From: a virus
Taxonomy: Duplodnaviria; Caudoviricetes
DNA length: 29,080 nt
Virus record (IMG/VR): IMGVR_UViG_3300029183_000029
Coordinates: 1 to 29,080 of that record
Direction: 5' to 3' (one strand)
Under the pieces are notes generated by a model that saw only the letters and a program-made list of their open reading frames with translations, made no database searches and was not told the DNA's origin. How positions within the stretch are numbered: position 1 is the first letter of the stretch; the number at the start of each line of letters is the position of its first letter. This document shows, one piece after another, positions 25,759 through 29,080 of this stretch. The position numbers and the translations under genes are program-made.

Positions 25759-27357
25759 ATGCCTATATACGATAAACCGTTTTCGTTTGATGAGATGTTG
25801 AGACGTACTGTATTCAAAGGTCGTCCGAACTTCTTTAATGCCAAAGATTTCAATAAGGAATTATTGATTATTCATAGGTTTATTGAGGAGTTTAACCGAG
25901 TATTTGCTGTACACTCTACTGTTGAGTTTAGTGTTCCTAGTTTCTCTGAAACTTTTAATACTGGAACTAATGAATTTACCCGAACTATAAATTTGAACTG
26001 GACGGCAGGGAAGGTTATGTATAAGGGTGTAGAGTTTGATATTACAGCTAGTGGTGTTAGTGGGTTTGACCACGTTTATACTAAACCTAGTACGACTACA
26101 AGCCCTAAAGAGGTTAAACCTCCTACGTATGTTATACTTACTGGAGAACTTGATTTAGTTACTTATGCCGACAATCCAACATTGTGTGGTATTCAATCTG
26201 ATGAAGTTCCTAGTACTGTTCCTACGGTAGATGTTGAACAATATACGAACCTAGAAATTAAATTGACTACTGACCCTTCGGCAGAAAGTAATGTTTTGTG
26301 TGTTATGGCAACCATACACCCAAGATATAAGACTGATGGTTCTGATGATGGTTTTGGTTTCTTATACAATACTTTCAAAAATCCAGATTTCACTTTGAAA
26401 AACGGAACGGATAACGAAGATGGAGTTTACCAATGTAATGAAAGTTTGTATGAGTATTTACTAGAGAGAGTTATAGTTAATTTGAGTAATGTTCTTAATG
26501 AGCGACAACTTATAAGAAGGTTTAATCTTGCAGACTTAGAAAATGCGGAACACGCAAGACATAATATTGGGTTATCTAATATTGTAAACCATAGACAACT
26601 TGTACAAGCTGAAAATTTACGAGACTTGACAAACCCTGCGCTAGGTAGGGTTAATTTAGGTTTAGGAAGTTCGGCAACAGCAAACATAGGAACAGGAGCA
26701 AATGATGTTGCAGCAGGTAATATATTACCAGTAGGTCTTATTGCTATATGGACTGGTAGCCCTTCTTCAATACCTACTGGGTGGAAACTTTGCGATGGGG
26801 GGAATAATACTCCAGATTTGAGGGGAAGGTTTGTAGTAGGTCTTAAAACTAATGTAACAGACTTTAATCTTATTGGAAAGGCAGAGGATTTAAGTACTCC
26901 TACTATTGCAAAAGCTAACTTACCTAACTACTCTTTACCTATAACACAACAACCACACAAACACACTTTTTATGGTCCGACTTGGGGTAACATTTATTGG
27001 GATAGTTACAAGACTGGTAACTGGGATGATAATGCGAAAACAAATGCAAATGCAAAACCAACTAACAACACAGGGAATGCTACGATAGATATTACCGTGA
27101 ACTTGGGAGGTGGAGGACAAGCTATGAAGGTATTACCTCCATACTTTACTGTTGCTTACATTATGTACACAGGGGCAAGTATTACACCACCTACACCACC
27201 TACAAATCCACCACCACTAACTTATCCTAATTTCTCTACACCTACTACTGGTACTAGTGGAACTGATGGAGGTTATTCTTCTTATACGCCTAGCAGCGTT
27301 GGAGGAAGTGGAGGCGTAGATGTCGGAAGTGGGATAATTTTAACTAATCCAGAGTAA
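25759..27357 (+). CDS. Tail fibre protein with collar domain
   Basis: Two NLxDLxN...RxN(I/L)GL repeats, collar motif PVGLIAIWTG...PTGWKLCDG...TPDLRGRFVVG, HKH and LPPYFTVAYIM. Confidence 0.88.
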   Translation: MPIYDKPFSFDEMLRRTVFKGRPNFFNAKDFNKELLIIHRFIEEFNRVFAVHSTVEFSVPSFSETFNTGTNEFTRTINLNWTAGKVMYKGVEFDITASGVSGFDHVYTKPSTTTSPKEVKPPTYVILTGELDLVTYADNPTLCGIQSDEVPSTVPTVDVEQYTNLEIKLTTDPSAESNVLCVMATIHPRYKTDGSDDGFGFLYNTFKNPDFTLKNGTDNEDGVYQCNESLYEYLLERVIVNLSNVLNERQLIRRFNLADLENAEHARHNIGLSNIVNHRQLVQAENLRDLTNPALGRVNLGLGSSATANIGTGANDVAAGNILPVGLIAIWTGSPSSIPTGWKLCDGGNNTPDLRGRFVVGLKTNVTDFNLIGKAEDLSTPTIAKANLPNYSLPITQQPHKHTFYGPTWGNIYWDSYKTGNWDDNAKTNANAKPTNNTGNATIDITVNLGGGGQAMKVLPPYFTVAYIMYTGASITPPTPPTNPPPLTYPNFSTPTTGTSGTDGGYSSYTPSSVGGSGGVDVGSGIILTNPE

Positions 27358-27386
27358 GGATACACCACATATCACTATTATATTAG

Positions 27387-27421
27387 AGGAATGCCCAAGT
27401 TTAATACTTTGGGCATTTCTT
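27387..27421 (+). terminator. Probable intrinsic terminator closing the structural genes
   Basis: AATGCCCAA (27390-27398)/TTGGGCATT (27409-27417) stem followed by T-rich TCTTATTAACTTT. Confidence 0.7.
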
Positions 27422-27447
27422 ATTAACTTTACGACCAATAAGGATTT

Positions 27448-29063
27448 ATGCACCCAGAGATAAAGATAGGAGCAATGTTGGAGTTACCTGTATCGGCACT
27501 TACTACCGATTACAAGAAGCTACTTAATAGTCTTACGGTAAATAATCCAAAATACAAGAATGCTACTATGTTTGGGAGAGGGGGAGGCTTTGAAAGCACT
27601 ATTCCAAAAAAACTATTCTTCTTTGAGTTAAATAAGTTGAATAAGTCAATATATGTGCCTAGAAACATAGACCGAAAATACTTCAAAGGGAGAGTTTTGG
27701 TTAATAACCTTTCTTACGGAGATACCATTTCTGGAGGCTCTTCAAAAGACTTTAAATTACGACCACAACAAGAAAAGTTTTTCAATGAACAAGTATTACC
27801 TTACATAGACAATATACCACAGGATGAGCCTATTGATATGCTACTTAATGCAGAGTGTGGCTCTGGTAAAACAGTTATGTCTATGCACCTATCTTCTTTG
27901 TATAAGGTTCGTACTGTTGTATGTGTTACTACTAAAAAGATAGGAAACCAATTCATTAAAACTGTTAAAGACTTATTCCCTAATTGGACGTATGGATGGT
28001 ATGGAGATGGAAAAGGGTATGATATTGAGTTAATTACTTACGCTTCTGGAAGCAAAAGAAACTCTGAATACTTTGATAAGTTTGGTCATATAATACTTGA
28101 TGAGTACCACAGATGCGGAGCAGATACTTACTCTAGGGTTTTATCAAATGCTAGATGTAGGTGTAGAACTTCATTAACTGCAACCCCAAGAAGAAAAGAC
28201 GGACTATATAAGATTTTACAACTACACGCAGGTAAGGTTCTGGAGATGGAAAGAAGTTCAAAGAAGGCTACTATATTTCCTATCCATACAGGAGTTTCAG
28301 TTAATGAGGATAAGTTTAGGAGTGTAGCTAGATTTCCCAACAAGCCAGAGAAGTTAGATGCTTATGTAGATGTCTCTGTAAGAACCAAAAAACGGAACAA
28401 GAACGACAAAACTATTGAAGTTGATAGAGGTATGGTTACTGATGTTGATTTAGAGAATGAAGAAATAACAATAGCTAGTTCTCAAAGTAAAACAGATTGT
28501 ACCTATGATTATAATACACACAACTTTTTTAAACTAGGAACAGCCTCCGCACCTATGATAGATACCGAAATATCGGAGTATGATATGAGGAATGAAATGG
28601 CAATGTCTCTGATAAAGAAGCTGTACTCTATTGGTAGAAAAGTAATTGTATTATCTAAAAGAAAGGAGCAACTATTTAATATGTCCAAAACTCTTAGTAG
28701 GTATGGATTTGTTAATGGTGTTGTAGTTTCGGAGAAGGATAAGGAGTATATAAAGTACTGTAAAAGAAAGGGAAGAACTATTGAAGAGAACAGAGACTTT
28801 GTGTTTAATGAAGCTAGAATACTGTTAGGTATAGATAAACTGGCAGAAGAGGGAATGGATGCCCCTAGTTTTGATAGTTTGATTTACCTACACCCAGTAA
28901 AAGATATTGAGCAGAGTGTGGGAAGGGTTTTACGAGATGTAGAAGGAAAGCCAGACCCGATGGCATTCTATTTGATTGACAAAGTGAACTCTTACCACAA
29001 GAGTTTCTATTCTAAAAATGGGGCTAAGAATATGTTTGTGAGTTTAGGTCATAAAGTTCCCCC
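27448..29063 (+). CDS. Superfamily 2 DExH helicase (UvsW/A18-like), 3'-truncated; not in ORF track
   Basis: Hand translation gives AECGSGKT (motif I), IILDEYH (II), LTATPRRKDG (III), AEEGMDAP (V) and EQSVGRVLR (VI); no stop codon before the primer. Confidence 0.92.
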
Positions 29064-29080
29064 GATCGTGACTGGGAAAC
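29064..29080 (-). other. SISPA primer tag (library artefact)
   Basis: GATCGTGACTGGGAAAC is the reverse complement of positions 1-17. Confidence 0.95.

Noticed and set aside
13987-27357. Stand-alone eCIS or tailocin locus
   Set aside because: It is contiguous with terminase, portal, scaffold and capsid genes, so it is a phage tail.
700-27357. Diversity-generating retroelement or CRISPR array
   Set aside because: No reverse transcriptase, no template/variable repeat pair and no regularly spaced repeats were seen.
1266-28343. All minus-strand ORFs in the track, and + strand ORF 18907..19107
   Set aside because: They overlap well-supported + strand genes and show no recognisable motifs; they are shadow ORFs.
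28321-28540. Mini-intein in the helicase
   Set aside because: The His-Asn pair is followed by Phe rather than Cys/Ser/Thr, and no intein N-terminal block is visible.
1-29080. Perfect 17-bp terminal inverted repeats suggesting a transposon or linear genome ends
   Set aside because: They match the SISPA primer, the right one interrupts the helicase, and they hold the only GATC sites seen.

Overview
An AT-rich (roughly 35% GC, estimated by eye) fragment of a tailed dsDNA phage with a contractile tail (myovirus). All credible genes are on the + strand and use the standard genetic code. Gene order: collagen-like fibre gene, structured intergenic element, lysis cassette (membrane protein, holin, Amidase_3 endolysin, tiny basic peptide), terminase large subunit, portal, scaffold, major capsid protein, neck genes, sheath, tube, tail chaperone with a -1 frameshift, tape measure, baseplate genes, tail fibre, terminator, and a truncated SF2 DExH helicase. 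TAnnTTTG promoter boxes in four intergenic gaps and few Shine-Dalgarno sites point to a Bacteroidota host. The 17-nt inverted repeats at both ends are the SISPA random-amplification primer, not biology. The most unusual features are a ~120-nt G-U-rich multi-hairpin element just after the collagen-fibre gene (candidate ncRNA), a ~85-nt hairpin after the capsid gene, Met-Pro starts in 12 of ~33 genes, several small basic proteins, and no GATC outside the primers. All product calls come from motif recognition and synteny, not database searches.
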